A stretch of DNA of 64,000 nt from Thermoplasmata archaeon (GTDB taxonomy: Archaea > Thermoplasmatota > Thermoplasmata > Lutacidiplasmatales > UBA184). The DNA lies in NCBI GenBank assembly GCA_022750375.1, contig JAKIVU010000002.1, positions 38,946-102,945 on the forward strand, in the 5' to 3' direction. Shown piece after piece: positions 1 through 9,868 of this stretch; the stretch's first letter is position 1, and the number at the start of each line of letters is the position of its first letter. Below the pieces are notes generated by a model, which did no database searches, was not told the origin of the DNA, and saw only the letters and a program-made list of their open reading frames with translations. The translations under genes and the position numbers were made by a program.

Positions 1-538
1 CGCCCAACGGCACACTGACGGAGTTCCTCAACTGACCGGACCGGACGTCGGCGAGCTGCAACGACCCGCCCCCGAGGTCCGAGACAAGGTCGTTGTCGAG
101 CTCCCAAGCGGCCGCCATGCTGAGGTAGGCGTAGCGGGCCTCCTCGGCGCCCGAAATGATCCGGAGCGAAACGCCGGTCGACCGCTCCACGCGACGGACG
201 AACTCCGCGCCGTTCGGCGCGTCCCGGACCGCGCTCGTAGCGACCGCGATCGTGCGGGTGAGCCCCAACGACCGCACGGTCTGCGCGAAGCTGTCGACCG
301 CGGCGATTCCCCGTTCTATCGCGGCGGCGGTCAGTCGCCCGTCCGGGCCGGTGCCGAGCCCCAGCCGCGGCGACTCCTTGGTCTCGTAGAACGCCCGCAC
401 CGCACCAGAGGCCGCCGCCTCGAACGCGACGAACCGGGCGGTGTTCGACCCGACGTCGATGACCCCGATCGTGCGACCGGGTCGGGCCCGGGTGCCGTTG
501 GCCGCGGCATGGAGCACCACCGAGCGCGCGCGGTCCAC
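1..538 (-). CDS. ppx: Ppx/GppA exopolyphosphatase family protein, N-terminal part (runs off the window edge)
   Basis: My translation of the minus strand (not in the ORF track): GRTIGVIDVGSNTARF...ATSAVRDAPNG...IISGAEEARY...DLGGGSLQ, the ASKHA/Ppx signatures. GTG start at 538 is tentative. Confidence 0.85.
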   Translation of the reverse strand, partial: MDRARSVVLHAAANGTRARPGRTIGVIDVGSNTARFVAFEAAASGAVRAFYETKESPRLGLGTGPDGRLTAAAIERGIAAVDSFAQTVRSLGLTRTIAVATSAVRDAPNGAEFVRRVERSTGVSLRIISGAEEARYAYLSMAAAWELDNDLVSDLGGGSLQLADVRSGQLRNSVSVPLG

Positions 539-723
539 GGCCTCCCACAGGAAGTTTCCCTAATAGAGGTGAGCGAGGATTTTTCGGCCAAGCGAGGGCT
601 TACTATCCGCCGGTCGTCCCGTCCGAGGGGGCGACCACGGCGAGGAGGCCGACGCGACCGCGGGTCCGCCCCGCGCTACTCGCCCAGGAACTCGAACGAC
701 TGCTCGCGGAAGTCGCCGGGTCG

Positions 724-1551
724 GTGGATGAGGTCGTCGCCCGGCCCCACCCCTCCCCGGAGAGCCTCCACGAACTGCACCGGGAGATGCGCCGGTTACG
801 GCACGCCCTCGCGCTCTGGGAGCAGTTGCTCGCGAGCCGTCACCGAGACCTGGTCCTCCCGCTCGATCGGCGCCTCAAACGGCTGGCCCGACTCGTCGGC
901 CGCGTCCGGGACCGCGACGTCGTCATCGAGCTGATCGAAGGGCCGACGCTGCCTCGCCCCGCTCGAGAGGAGATCGCGCTGGTCGCCCGATTGCGCTCGC
1001 GACTGCGCGACGACGCGCGTACCGGCCGGGAGCTGCTTCGGGTGTTCCTCCGGTCCGAGCGCGACGCGCACCTGTTCGAGGGATTTCGCGAGAGCCTCGA
1101 ACTCGCCGTTCGTCCCGGGGCGGGGATCCACCTGGCGAGCACGCTGGAGGAGGAGCAGGCTCGGCGCCACGAAGAGGCTCGGGAGGCCCACCGACGAGCT
1201 CGCCGGCGCCCGACCTCCGTTCGACTCCACCGGTTGCGGATCCAGGTACGCCGACTGCGGCACCTGACGGAGGTGCGCACGCGACTCGAGGGGAAGACCG
1301 GCAACACCCTTCCGCCCGCTATCCGACGCCTGCAAATTCGGCTCGGCCGTCTCCACGACCTCGATATCGTGCTGGGTGACCTCGACCCGGACCTTCGCTC
1401 CACCGACTGGGTTCGGTCGCTGAAGGACGAACGCCGGGCCACTCGCCGCGCGATCCGCGAGTCGATCCGCGCCCACCACTGGCCCAAGATTTCGCTCGTC
1501 CCTCCGGCCCCCGGACGACCCGAACCCCCGACCCGACGCGCACGCTCATAG
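724..1551 (+). CDS. CHAD domain protein (polyphosphate-binding)
   Basis: Two H-x-L-[RH]-xxx-RRLR motifs plus LVGRVRDRDV and LGRLHDLD; divergent from ppx. The true start may lie upstream. Confidence 0.8.
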   Translation: MDEVVARPHPSPESLHELHREMRRLRHALALWEQLLASRHRDLVLPLDRRLKRLARLVGRVRDRDVVIELIEGPTLPRPAREEIALVARLRSRLRDDARTGRELLRVFLRSERDAHLFEGFRESLELAVRPGAGIHLASTLEEEQARRHEEAREAHRRARRRPTSVRLHRLRIQVRRLRHLTEVRTRLEGKTGNTLPPAIRRLQIRLGRLHDLDIVLGDLDPDLRSTDWVRSLKDERRATRRAIRESIRAHHWPKISLVPPAPGRPEPPTRRARS

Positions 1552-1574
1552 GGCCCGCTCGCTGTCGGCCCGGC

Positions 1575-3086
1575 GTGCCCGACCTGCCCCGCCCGGAGTT
1601 CGACGCCGCGTTGCGCGACGCGCTCGGGGAAACGGGTGCGGTCGGGGCGACCGTGCGACAGCTCGCCACTCGGCTCGACCATCGCCCGGACCGTGTCGAA
1701 CGAGCGCTCACCGAGCTACGGCTTCGCGGGGACGTCGCCCGGTTGGGTCGTGGACTGTACGTTCTCCGGGACTTCGAGCGACTGGACGGTCGGAGCGACT
1801 TTGTCGACCCCGCCGCTTTCGTGGAGCGCTTCGTTCGAGAGAACGGTATCGCCCTCGGCGCGTACGCCGGGCCGATCACGTTCCGCTCCAACGAGTCGCT
1901 TCCCGTTCACCGATGGTGGCCGTACGTGCAGGGCTACTCGGCTGATTTCGTGCGGGGGGTCCTCGATGCCGCCCAGCTCGGCCGTCGGGCCACCGTCCTT
2001 GACCCGTTCGCCGGCAGTGGGACCAGTTTGGTCGAAGCGCGACGGGGAGGCGCCCGAGCGTTGGGGACGGAGCTCCTGGCACCGGCGGTGCTCGCTGCCC
2101 GGGTCAAAACGCGATTCGAACTCCCCGCGCGTGTACTCCGTGCGGGGGGACGGCGCACCGTCGAGCGCGGGCGTCGACGCGCCCCGGGAACGTTGCCGTT
2201 CCTGAGAGAGACTCGACGCCAGTTCGACCCTGGTACGCTGGACGATCTCACTCGCCTTCGCGACGCCCTCCCCCGCGACGAAACCCCGATCACGGAGGCG
2301 TTGCGTCTCGCGTTCGGCCGGATCCTGATCCCGTCGAGTCGGCTCCACCGATCCCCCTGCCTTGGGTACGACCGACGGCATCGGCCGTCGGACCGGAGCC
2401 CCTTCGACCGGTTCCTCGAGGCGGTCGATGAGATGGCGGCCGACCTCGACTCGCTTGCTTCGGAGCGCGCGCACTGGGGTCCCGCGGCCCGGATCGTGGA
2501 AGGCGACTCCCGTACCGTGCGATGGCCGGCAGGGTCCGTGGACCTTGCCGTCACGAGCCCACCCTACGTCAACGGGATGGACTACGTCATGAACTACAAG
2601 ATCGACCTCGCGTGGCTCGGCTATGCCCACTCGTATGCCGACCTCGCGGCGTTGCGCAGCGCCGAGGTCGCCTGCGACAACCTGCCGCGTACGGAGACCC
2701 TGCCCTATCGCTCCGTCTCCGGTTCCATCGACCCGTGGCTCGACGAGATCCTCCCGCGGATCCGCGACAACGTCGCCCGCAAACGCTCCTACCGCCGGGA
2801 CGATGTCCACGCGGTCGTTCGACGGTACTTCTCCGACCTCGTCCCGGTCCTCACGAACGTTCGCGACGCGCTCGCCCCCGGCGGGCGATTCGTGCTGGTG
2901 GTCGGCGACTCCCTCTTAGCCGGCACCTACGTTCCGGCGGACCTGCTGACTGCACGATTGGGCGCTTCGCTCGGTTACCGGATCGTTTCCGTCGAGGTCG
3001 CGCGCCCCCGTCGCAGCGGACAGCGACGTTCGTTCGTCCTGCGGGAGTCGGTCGTGACGCTCGAGCGCCCTCGTTCCGCGGCGTAG
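1575..3086 (+). CDS. Amino-DNA methyltransferase (probably N4-cytosine) with an N-terminal winged-helix-like domain
   Basis: Motif X HRWWPY..GYS, SAM-binding LDPFAGSGTS, catalytic TSPPY. Confidence 0.85.
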   Translation: MPDLPRPEFDAALRDALGETGAVGATVRQLATRLDHRPDRVERALTELRLRGDVARLGRGLYVLRDFERLDGRSDFVDPAAFVERFVRENGIALGAYAGPITFRSNESLPVHRWWPYVQGYSADFVRGVLDAAQLGRRATVLDPFAGSGTSLVEARRGGARALGTELLAPAVLAARVKTRFELPARVLRAGGRRTVERGRRRAPGTLPFLRETRRQFDPGTLDDLTRLRDALPRDETPITEALRLAFGRILIPSSRLHRSPCLGYDRRHRPSDRSPFDRFLEAVDEMAADLDSLASERAHWGPAARIVEGDSRTVRWPAGSVDLAVTSPPYVNGMDYVMNYKIDLAWLGYAHSYADLAALRSAEVACDNLPRTETLPYRSVSGSIDPWLDEILPRIRDNVARKRSYRRDDVHAVVRRYFSDLVPVLTNVRDALAPGGRFVLVVGDSLLAGTYVPADLLTARLGASLGYRIVSVEVARPRRSGQRRSFVLRESVVTLERPRSAA

Positions 3087-3131
3087 TGGTCGGGCGGCAG
3101 GTTCATCGCGTCGGGAGCCCCTCTCTCCTCG

Positions 3132-3419
3132 ATGTTCTGTCCCGTCTGTGGTCGTGCGATGACGGGGCCGGCGAGCCCCACCGTCCCGTTCCCGATGTTC
3201 CTGTGCGCGCACCACGGGGTCGTCTACGACCGCCGCCGGGACTCCTGGCACGGATTGCCCGAGGTGGAGACGAAGCTCTGTTGTCCGATCTGCGGCACCT
3301 CGATGGAGTTCGAGCCGAAGGAACCGCCGGCGAGGATCTTCTTCTGCTACCAGTGCGGGACGACGTTCGACAAGGAGCGGGGCACGTGGTACGGACTCGC
3401 GTTCCACCAGGGCCCGTAG
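3132..3419 (+). CDS. Small tandem zinc-ribbon protein
   Basis: CPVC...CAHH and CPIC...CYQC in two similar halves, each ending D-x4-W-[HY]-GL. Confidence 0.7.
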   Translation: MFCPVCGRAMTGPASPTVPFPMFLCAHHGVVYDRRRDSWHGLPEVETKLCCPICGTSMEFEPKEPPARIFFCYQCGTTFDKERGTWYGLAFHQGP

Positions 3420-3495
3420 GGTCCGGTGCGACCGGACGTTCCGCTGGAAGCAAACCCTTACCTCCCCTTCCGCCCCGTTCCGGGACGGAGGCGAG

Positions 3496-4248
3496 ATGCC
3501 GCCGCCAGACACCGAGCCACATTTTCTCGAGCCGTTGCTCGGGGTCGTGTTCGACCTCGATGGCACCCTGGTCCTCTCCCACCACGACTTCGGCCGGATG
3601 CGCGCCGAGGTGATCCGTATCGCGGAGCAGCACGGGGTCGTCCCCGGGCATCTCTCGGTCCGGGACCCGATCCACCGGATCGTCGAGACCGCCCGTGAGG
3701 AGCTCGCGAATTCGGGGGCGCCGGAGGGGAACCTCTTCCGGTTCGAAGCGGAGTACCCGAAGCGGATCGACGCGATCGAGGCCGAGGCGCTGCCGCGCAC
3801 GGTCGTACGCCCCGGCGCCGAGTCGCTCTTGCGGGCCCTCAGCGAGCGCGGCTTTCGCCTCGGGGTGCTCACCCGCAGTTCAGAGTACTTCGCCCGGAAC
3901 GCGCTCGCCCGTACGGGTCTCGGCCCGTTCTTCCCGTACCTGCGCAGCCGCAGCGCTCCCGGGCCCCAGAAGCCGTCGCCCGAAGCGCTCCAGCTCCTCC
4001 TCCGGGAGATGGAGATCCCCGAAGACCGAGCCCTGTTCGTGGGCGATCACTTGGTCGATGCCGAATGCGCGACGCGGGCTCGGGTGCGGTTCTACGGGAT
4101 CCTGCCCGACCCGTCGGACCAGAGCCCGGAACCGATGACCGAGGACCGGTTCTTGGCCGGCGGAGCGGCCGCCGTCGCGAAGGATCTGACGGAACTGGCG
4201 CGCCACCTCGACGTCGCGGGTCCGATGCGGCCCACGCCCGCCGGCTGA
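3496..4248 (+). CDS. HAD-superfamily hydrolase (phosphoglycolate phosphatase-like)
   Basis: FDLDGTL, LTRS, KPSP and VGDH..D motifs. Confidence 0.85.
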   Translation: MPPPDTEPHFLEPLLGVVFDLDGTLVLSHHDFGRMRAEVIRIAEQHGVVPGHLSVRDPIHRIVETAREELANSGAPEGNLFRFEAEYPKRIDAIEAEALPRTVVRPGAESLLRALSERGFRLGVLTRSSEYFARNALARTGLGPFFPYLRSRSAPGPQKPSPEALQLLLREMEIPEDRALFVGDHLVDAECATRARVRFYGILPDPSDQSPEPMTEDRFLAGGAAAVAKDLTELARHLDVAGPMRPTPAG

Positions 4249-4254
4249 TCCCGC

Positions 4255-5298
4255 TCAGAGGTATTCGCCGTACGCGTGGATCACCGCGCGTTCGGCGGTC
4301 GCCCACGCCTCGGGGATCTGGTTCCAGCCGTTCCGCTGGTCGCCCACGCAGTAGAGGCCGGGGATCGGGGCTCCGGTCGCCTCGGTGAGCACCCGGCAAT
4401 CTTCGTCCGTCATCACGTATCCGTCGGCGTCGAACTTTGCGCCGAGCGATCGCGGGAACTCGTGGTGCATGTCGTACCATCCGAGCGCGCTGAAGCCCCG
4501 GTCGTAGCTCCGGTGGCTCCCGTCGGCAAACTTCACGCCGAACCGTTTTTCCCGGATCTCGTCGAACCCGACCACCTCGAGGTCGGTGTGCTGTATCCCC
4601 TTCTCTGCGAGGGTCGCCGCGAGCGGGGCGCGCTCGACCTCGGGGACGCCGTCGAGCAGGGGCTGGCCCAGGGTGAGGAGTTCGACCGACGTCGGCCGGA
4701 AGTGCAGGAGGTCGAGCGCGGTCCGTGCAGCGAACGCATCGTCGCCGAGGACCGCGACCGACCTTCTCGTGAGCTCGTGGCCGTCGCACAGGATGCAGAA
4801 ATCGACGAGCGCCTGGTTCGCCCATGGGAAGATCGGGTCGATCTCTCCGCCCACCGAGGGGATCCGGTCGACGACGCCCTGCGCGAGGACGAGGGCCCGT
4901 CCGCGGACCACGTGGGTCTGCTTCAGCCATTCGAACGTGACGGTATACTCCCGTTCGACTCGCGCCACCGCCACGGCGCGTGCGGGGGTGAAGTAGCCCA
5001 CCGTCTCCGCCTTCCGCACCGCGGCGACCTGTTCGTCGAGAAGCTTGTGGCCGGAGATCCCGCCGGGGAATCCGGGGATGTTGTCCATTCTGGGCGAGTA
5101 GTACGAACGGGAGTACTTCGGTCCGCGGTCCACGATCGCCGCCGAGTGGCCGAGGAGCGACGCCTTAAGGCCCGCCTGGAGCCCCGCGTGTCCCCCCCCG
5201 ATCACGAGGAAGTCGTACGACTCCTGCACGCGAGGAAGGCCCGGCACAGCGTGGACCACCCGCCGCGGGAATTTCAGGCCTCCTTCTTCCGCGCGCAT
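4255..5298 (-). CDS. Thioredoxin reductase-like NAD(P)/FAD-dependent oxidoreductase
   Basis: GGGHAGL FAD motif, CILCDG redox CxxC, PGLYCVGD. Confidence 0.8.
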   Translation of the reverse strand: MRAEEGGLKFPRRVVHAVPGLPRVQESYDFLVIGGGHAGLQAGLKASLLGHSAAIVDRGPKYSRSYYSPRMDNIPGFPGGISGHKLLDEQVAAVRKAETVGYFTPARAVAVARVEREYTVTFEWLKQTHVVRGRALVLAQGVVDRIPSVGGEIDPIFPWANQALVDFCILCDGHELTRRSVAVLGDDAFAARTALDLLHFRPTSVELLTLGQPLLDGVPEVERAPLAATLAEKGIQHTDLEVVGFDEIREKRFGVKFADGSHRSYDRGFSALGWYDMHHEFPRSLGAKFDADGYVMTDEDCRVLTEATGAPIPGLYCVGDQRNGWNQIPEAWATAERAVIHAYGEYL

Positions 5299-5393
5299 CG
5301 CGCGGACCCCGGAAATCCGTCGCGCGGACGCTCCGGTGACGGCAAAACTTAAGCCCGAACCTCCTCCTCCTTCGCTTCGGGTTCCTGACGGCT

Positions 5394-6536
5394 GTGCCGG
5401 CCCGCGCCGCGAAGAGCGCGCTGGGGGGGACTCTATTTCTCGAGGACGGGACTCGCTTCGACGGAGAAGGGCTCGGAGCGACCGCTCGCCGCGTCGGCGA
5501 GGTCGTGTTCACGACCGGAATGGTCGGATATCCGGAGTCCCTCACGGACCCATCGTTCCGCGGGCAGATCCTGACGTTCACGTACCCGTTGATCGGGAAC
5601 TACGGCGTTCCCTCGAACGACCTCGACGCGGACGGGCTGCCCCGACTCGAAAGCGGGGAGGTTCAGCCGCGCGGGGTCGTGGTTCGCGGGACGACCGCAC
5701 CGAACCATTGGCAGAGCGAGCGTACGCTGGACGACTGGCTCCGGGCCGAGCGGGTCCCCGGGGTCCGGGGCGTCGATACCCGACGGCTCACCGAGCACCT
5801 GCGGTCGAAGGGAGTCGTTCGGGGCGTCGTCGACGTAGGCCCGCTGGACGACCGACCGTCCGACGAGGAGCTCGCGAAGTCGATCCGCGCCGCCCCGCAG
5901 TACGGGGAGGAGAACTTCATGGCCGAGGTTGCCCCCGCCCGGCCGACACTGATCGTACGCCGAGGAGGGCCCGTGGTCGCAGCGCTCGACTGCGGTATTA
6001 AGGCGAGCATCGTGCGTGCGCTCCTCGACCGGGGCGTCTCGGTCCTCCGACTACCGTACGACCATGAAGTGCCGGCGAAATGGGAGGGTCGCCGCGTCGC
6101 GGGTCTTCTCATCGGGAACGGACCCGGGGACCCGTCGGAGCTCGGCCCGACGATCGAGGAGCTCGCCCGGCCGTCGACCCGCGCCTTTCCGACGCTCGGG
6201 ATCTGTCTCGGACAGCAGCTGATCGCGCTCGCGCGCGGCGCGACCACGTTCAAGCTCAAGTACGGTCATCGGGGCCAGAACAAGACGATCTACTTCTCCG
6301 ACGGACGGGCGCTCATCGTCAGCGAGAACCACGGTTACGCGGTCGACCCCGCCTCGCTCGCCGACACGGGGCTCGACGTCTGGGCCACGAATCCCGACGA
6401 CGGGACCCTCGAAGGATTGCGCGACAGCGGTGGACGGGTCCTGGCGCTGCAGGGCCACCCGGAAGGCCACCCGGGACCGCAGGAGGCCGGGTTCGTCTTC
6501 GACCGGTTCGTCCAGAAGGTGAAGCGTCGCGCATGA
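5394..6536 (+). CDS. carA: Carbamoyl-phosphate synthase small subunit
   Basis: GEVVFTTGMVGYPESLTDPS, NGPGDP, GICLG, QGHPEG. Confidence 0.95.
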   Translation: MPARAAKSALGGTLFLEDGTRFDGEGLGATARRVGEVVFTTGMVGYPESLTDPSFRGQILTFTYPLIGNYGVPSNDLDADGLPRLESGEVQPRGVVVRGTTAPNHWQSERTLDDWLRAERVPGVRGVDTRRLTEHLRSKGVVRGVVDVGPLDDRPSDEELAKSIRAAPQYGEENFMAEVAPARPTLIVRRGGPVVAALDCGIKASIVRALLDRGVSVLRLPYDHEVPAKWEGRRVAGLLIGNGPGDPSELGPTIEELARPSTRAFPTLGICLGQQLIALARGATTFKLKYGHRGQNKTIYFSDGRALIVSENHGYAVDPASLADTGLDVWATNPDDGTLEGLRDSGGRVLALQGHPEGHPGPQEAGFVFDRFVQKVKRRA

Positions 6537-9500
6537 CGGTCTCCCTCCCTTCGAAGGTGCTGCTCCTCGGCAGCGGTGCCCTCAAGATCGGGGAGGCCGG
6601 GGAGTTCGACTACTCCGGCAGCCAGTGCCTGAAGGCGCTCGAGGAAGAAGGCGTCTACGCGATCGTCGTCAACCCGAATATCGCCACCCTCCAGACGGAC
6701 CCCCCGCGCCGGGGTCGGGTCTACTTTCAACCGCTCGTGCCGGAGTTCGTCGCGCCGATCCTCGAAGCGGAGCGTCCCGAGGGGATCCTGCTCTCGTTCG
6801 GGGGTCAGACCGCGCTCAACTGCGGCGTCCAGCTCTCGGATTCCGGCGCGCTCCGTAAGTCGGGGACTCGCGTCCTCGGCACGCCGCTCACCGGCATCAA
6901 GGCGACCGAGGACCGGGGCAAGTTCGTCCGCATCATGGCCCGGGCGCGGGTGCCGACGCTCCCCAGCCGCGCCGTCTACAACTACGAGGAAGCGGCGGCC
7001 GCCGCCGAGACGCTCGGCTATCCGGTGATGGTCCGGGTCGCCTACACGCTCGGCGGCAAGGGCGGCGGCGTGGCGCTGGACCGAGGGGAACTTCGGGAGG
7101 TCGTCGCCCGCGGCCTCCGCGCGAGCCCGGTCGGTCAGGTGCTCCTCGAACGGTACGTCGGGACGTTCAAGCAGCTCGAGTACGAGGTCGTGCGCGATGC
7201 GAAGGGGAACACGCTCACGGTCTGCAACATGGAGAACGTGCTCAGCATGCGCGTCCACACCGGCGACAACATCGTCGTCGCGCCGAGCCAGACGCTCACC
7301 GACCACGAGTACCAGATGCTCCGCCAGGCGGCGATCCGGGCCGCGGACGCCTGCGGGATCGTCGGCGAGTGCAACATCCAGTTCTGCCTCGACCCGGTGA
7401 GTGAGGAGTACTACGCGATCGAGATCAACGCCCGTCTCTCCCGCTCGAGCGCGCTCGCCAGCAAGGCGACCGGCTACCCGCTCGCGTACGTGGCGGCGAA
7501 GCTCGCGCTCGGATACACGCTCCCCGAGCTGAAGAACCGGATCACCGGCGTCACGACCGCCTGCTTCGAGCCGGCGCTCGACTACGTCGTCGTCAAGCTT
7601 CCGCGGTGGGACCTCGACAAGTTCGAGCGGGCCGACCGTCGCCTCGGGCCCGCGATGAAGTCGGTCGGGGAGGTGATGGGGATCGGCGCGTCGTTCCCCG
7701 AAGCGATCTCGAAAGCCGTGCGCATGAGCGACCCCCGCGCGGACCTCCTGCCGCCCGCCGAGGTCCGGGAGCCGGCGGCGATACTCGCCGACCTCGCCCA
7801 GCCGACGCCCGAGGTCCTGTTCCGGGTCCTCGAGGCCCTGCGGGCCGGGATCGACCCGGAGACGATCGCTCGGGTATCGTGGATCGACCGGTGGTTCGTC
7901 GACTGCCTCGGAGAGATCGAGAGCACGCATCGGGCGCTCGGCGCGGTCGCCGACGGCGACGTGCCGGTACCATTACTACGTCGCGCGAAGGAGCTCGGAT
8001 TCTCCGACCGCGCGGTCGGCCGCACCGCGCGGGTCGACGAGGAGGAGGTGCGCCGTCGCCGCCTCGCGGAAGGGATCCGCCCCCGAGTTCGGATGATCGA
8101 CACGCTCGCGGGGGAGTGGCCCGCCCGAACGAACTACCTCTACCTTACCTACCGCGCGGACGCGGACGACGTGCGTCCGATGCCGAAAGGCTCCGTCCTC
8201 GTCATCGGCGCGGGTCCGTACCGTATCGGCTCGAGCGTGGAGTTCGACTGGTCGACCATGAACCTCGTGGAGGGGCTGAAGGCGGAAGGAGTCCCCGGCG
8301 TCTCCGTCCTCAACTCGAACCCCGAGACCGTCTCCACCGACTACGACCGGTCGGACCGGCTCTACTTCGAGGAGATCACGCTCGAACGGACGCGCGACCT
8401 GTTCGACTTCGAATCGTTCGCCGGGGTCGTCACGTGCGTCGGGAGCCAGCTCGCCCAGAATCTGACCCCGCTCCTCCAGATGTGCGGGGTGCCGATCCTG
8501 GGGACGGCCTCGAAATCGATCGATATGGCGGAGAACCGCGCCGAGTTCGCCCGCCTCGTCGAACGGCTGGAGATCCCCCAACCCGCGTGGCGGGCGTTCA
8601 CGACCGTCGACGAAGCGAGCGGCTTCGCGGACGAGGTCGGCTACCCCGTGCTGGTCCGTCCGTCGTACGTGCTGAGCGGACAGGCGATGCGGGTGATCTG
8701 GGGACGGAACGACCTCGGCCGGTTCCTCTCGCAAGCCGCCCGCGTCTCCCCCGAGCACCCCGTGGTGATCACGAAGTTCATCGAAGGCGCGGACGAGGTC
8801 GAGCTGGATGCGATCTCGGACGGGAAGCGGGTGTTGGTCGCCGGGGTGCTCGAGCACGTCGAGCGGGCCGGGGTCCATTCGGGCGACGCGATCTTCTGCC
8901 TGCCGCCCCGACACACGACGCCCGAGGTGCAGGCGCAGCTGATCGATGCCGCCGGCCGACTCGCGACCACGCTCGCGATCCGGGGCCCGTTCAACGTGCA
9001 GTTCCTCGTGAAGAACGACGCCTACCAGATCATCGAGTTGAATCTCCGGGCGAGCCGCTCCCTCCCGTTCCTCGCGAAGGCGACGGGGGTCCCGCTCCTC
9101 CGGGAAGCGGCGCGCGCGATGCTCGGTCGACCGATCTCGCGGGAGGGCGTCGCGCCCCTGCCTCCCGGGCGGTGGGGGGTGAAGGTCCCCCAGTTCTCGT
9201 TCCTCCAGCTCGCGGGCTCGGACCCGCTGCTGGGCGTCGAGATGCAGTCCACGGGGGAGGTCGCCTGCTTCGGCCCGACGTTCTCCGACGCCCTGGTGAA
9301 GGCGCTGGTGGCGACGGGCGTTCGACTGGTCCCGCGACGCGGCACCGCCTTCCTCTCGGTCGGCGGCCCCGAACTCAAAGAACAGCTCCTCCCCGTCGCG
9401 CACCGGCTACGGACGCTGGGGCTGAAGATCTCGGCCACGGAGGACACGGGTGCGTTCCTCGCCGCCCGGGGGATCCGGGGCGTACGGATCCTGCACAAGG

Positions 9501-9841
9501 TGAGCGAGCCGGACCGGCATCCGAACGTCACCGAGGCGCTCGACCGGGGGAACATCGACCTGCTGCTGAACGTGCCGCTGTCGCTGACGCAGGAGAAGTT
9601 CGAACAGATGCTCGAGGACGAGTACATCCTACGGCGGCGCGCGGTCGAGCTCGGGATCCCGCTCTTCACGAGTCTGGAGGCGTTCTCTGCGTACGTCGAA
9701 GGCGTCGCCTGGCTCGAGGACCATCCGCTCACGGTCGAGCCGCTCTACGGCTCCCCGGAGCCCGGAGCCGCCCCGGGAGCCGATGCCCGCCAACTGCCGG
9801 TCGTTCCGCGACGGCGTCGCCGTCGACGTCGCAAGGACTGA
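6533..9841 (+). CDS. carB: Carbamoyl-phosphate synthase large subunit
   Basis: LGSGALKIGEAGEFDYSG, two ATP-grasp halves, C-terminal MGS domain. ATG at 6533 overlaps the carA stop (ATGA). Confidence 0.95.
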   Translation: MTVSLPSKVLLLGSGALKIGEAGEFDYSGSQCLKALEEEGVYAIVVNPNIATLQTDPPRRGRVYFQPLVPEFVAPILEAERPEGILLSFGGQTALNCGVQLSDSGALRKSGTRVLGTPLTGIKATEDRGKFVRIMARARVPTLPSRAVYNYEEAAAAAETLGYPVMVRVAYTLGGKGGGVALDRGELREVVARGLRASPVGQVLLERYVGTFKQLEYEVVRDAKGNTLTVCNMENVLSMRVHTGDNIVVAPSQTLTDHEYQMLRQAAIRAADACGIVGECNIQFCLDPVSEEYYAIEINARLSRSSALASKATGYPLAYVAAKLALGYTLPELKNRITGVTTACFEPALDYVVVKLPRWDLDKFERADRRLGPAMKSVGEVMGIGASFPEAISKAVRMSDPRADLLPPAEVREPAAILADLAQPTPEVLFRVLEALRAGIDPETIARVSWIDRWFVDCLGEIESTHRALGAVADGDVPVPLLRRAKELGFSDRAVGRTARVDEEEVRRRRLAEGIRPRVRMIDTLAGEWPARTNYLYLTYRADADDVRPMPKGSVLVIGAGPYRIGSSVEFDWSTMNLVEGLKAEGVPGVSVLNSNPETVSTDYDRSDRLYFEEITLERTRDLFDFESFAGVVTCVGSQLAQNLTPLLQMCGVPILGTASKSIDMAENRAEFARLVERLEIPQPAWRAFTTVDEASGFADEVGYPVLVRPSYVLSGQAMRVIWGRNDLGRFLSQAARVSPEHPVVITKFIEGADEVELDAISDGKRVLVAGVLEHVERAGVHSGDAIFCLPPRHTTPEVQAQLIDAAGRLATTLAIRGPFNVQFLVKNDAYQIIELNLRASRSLPFLAKATGVPLLREAARAMLGRPISREGVAPLPPGRWGVKVPQFSFLQLAGSDPLLGVEMQSTGEVACFGPTFSDALVKALVATGVRLVPRRGTAFLSVGGPELKEQLLPVAHRLRTLGLKISATEDTGAFLAARGIRGVRILHKVSEPDRHPNVTEALDRGNIDLLLNVPLSLTQEKFEQMLEDEYILRRRAVELGIPLFTSLEAFSAYVEGVAWLEDHPLTVEPLYGSPEPGAAPGADARQLPVVPRRRRRRRRKD

Positions 9842-9868
9842 ATCCGCCGCGCGGCCCGCGTCGGGGAC

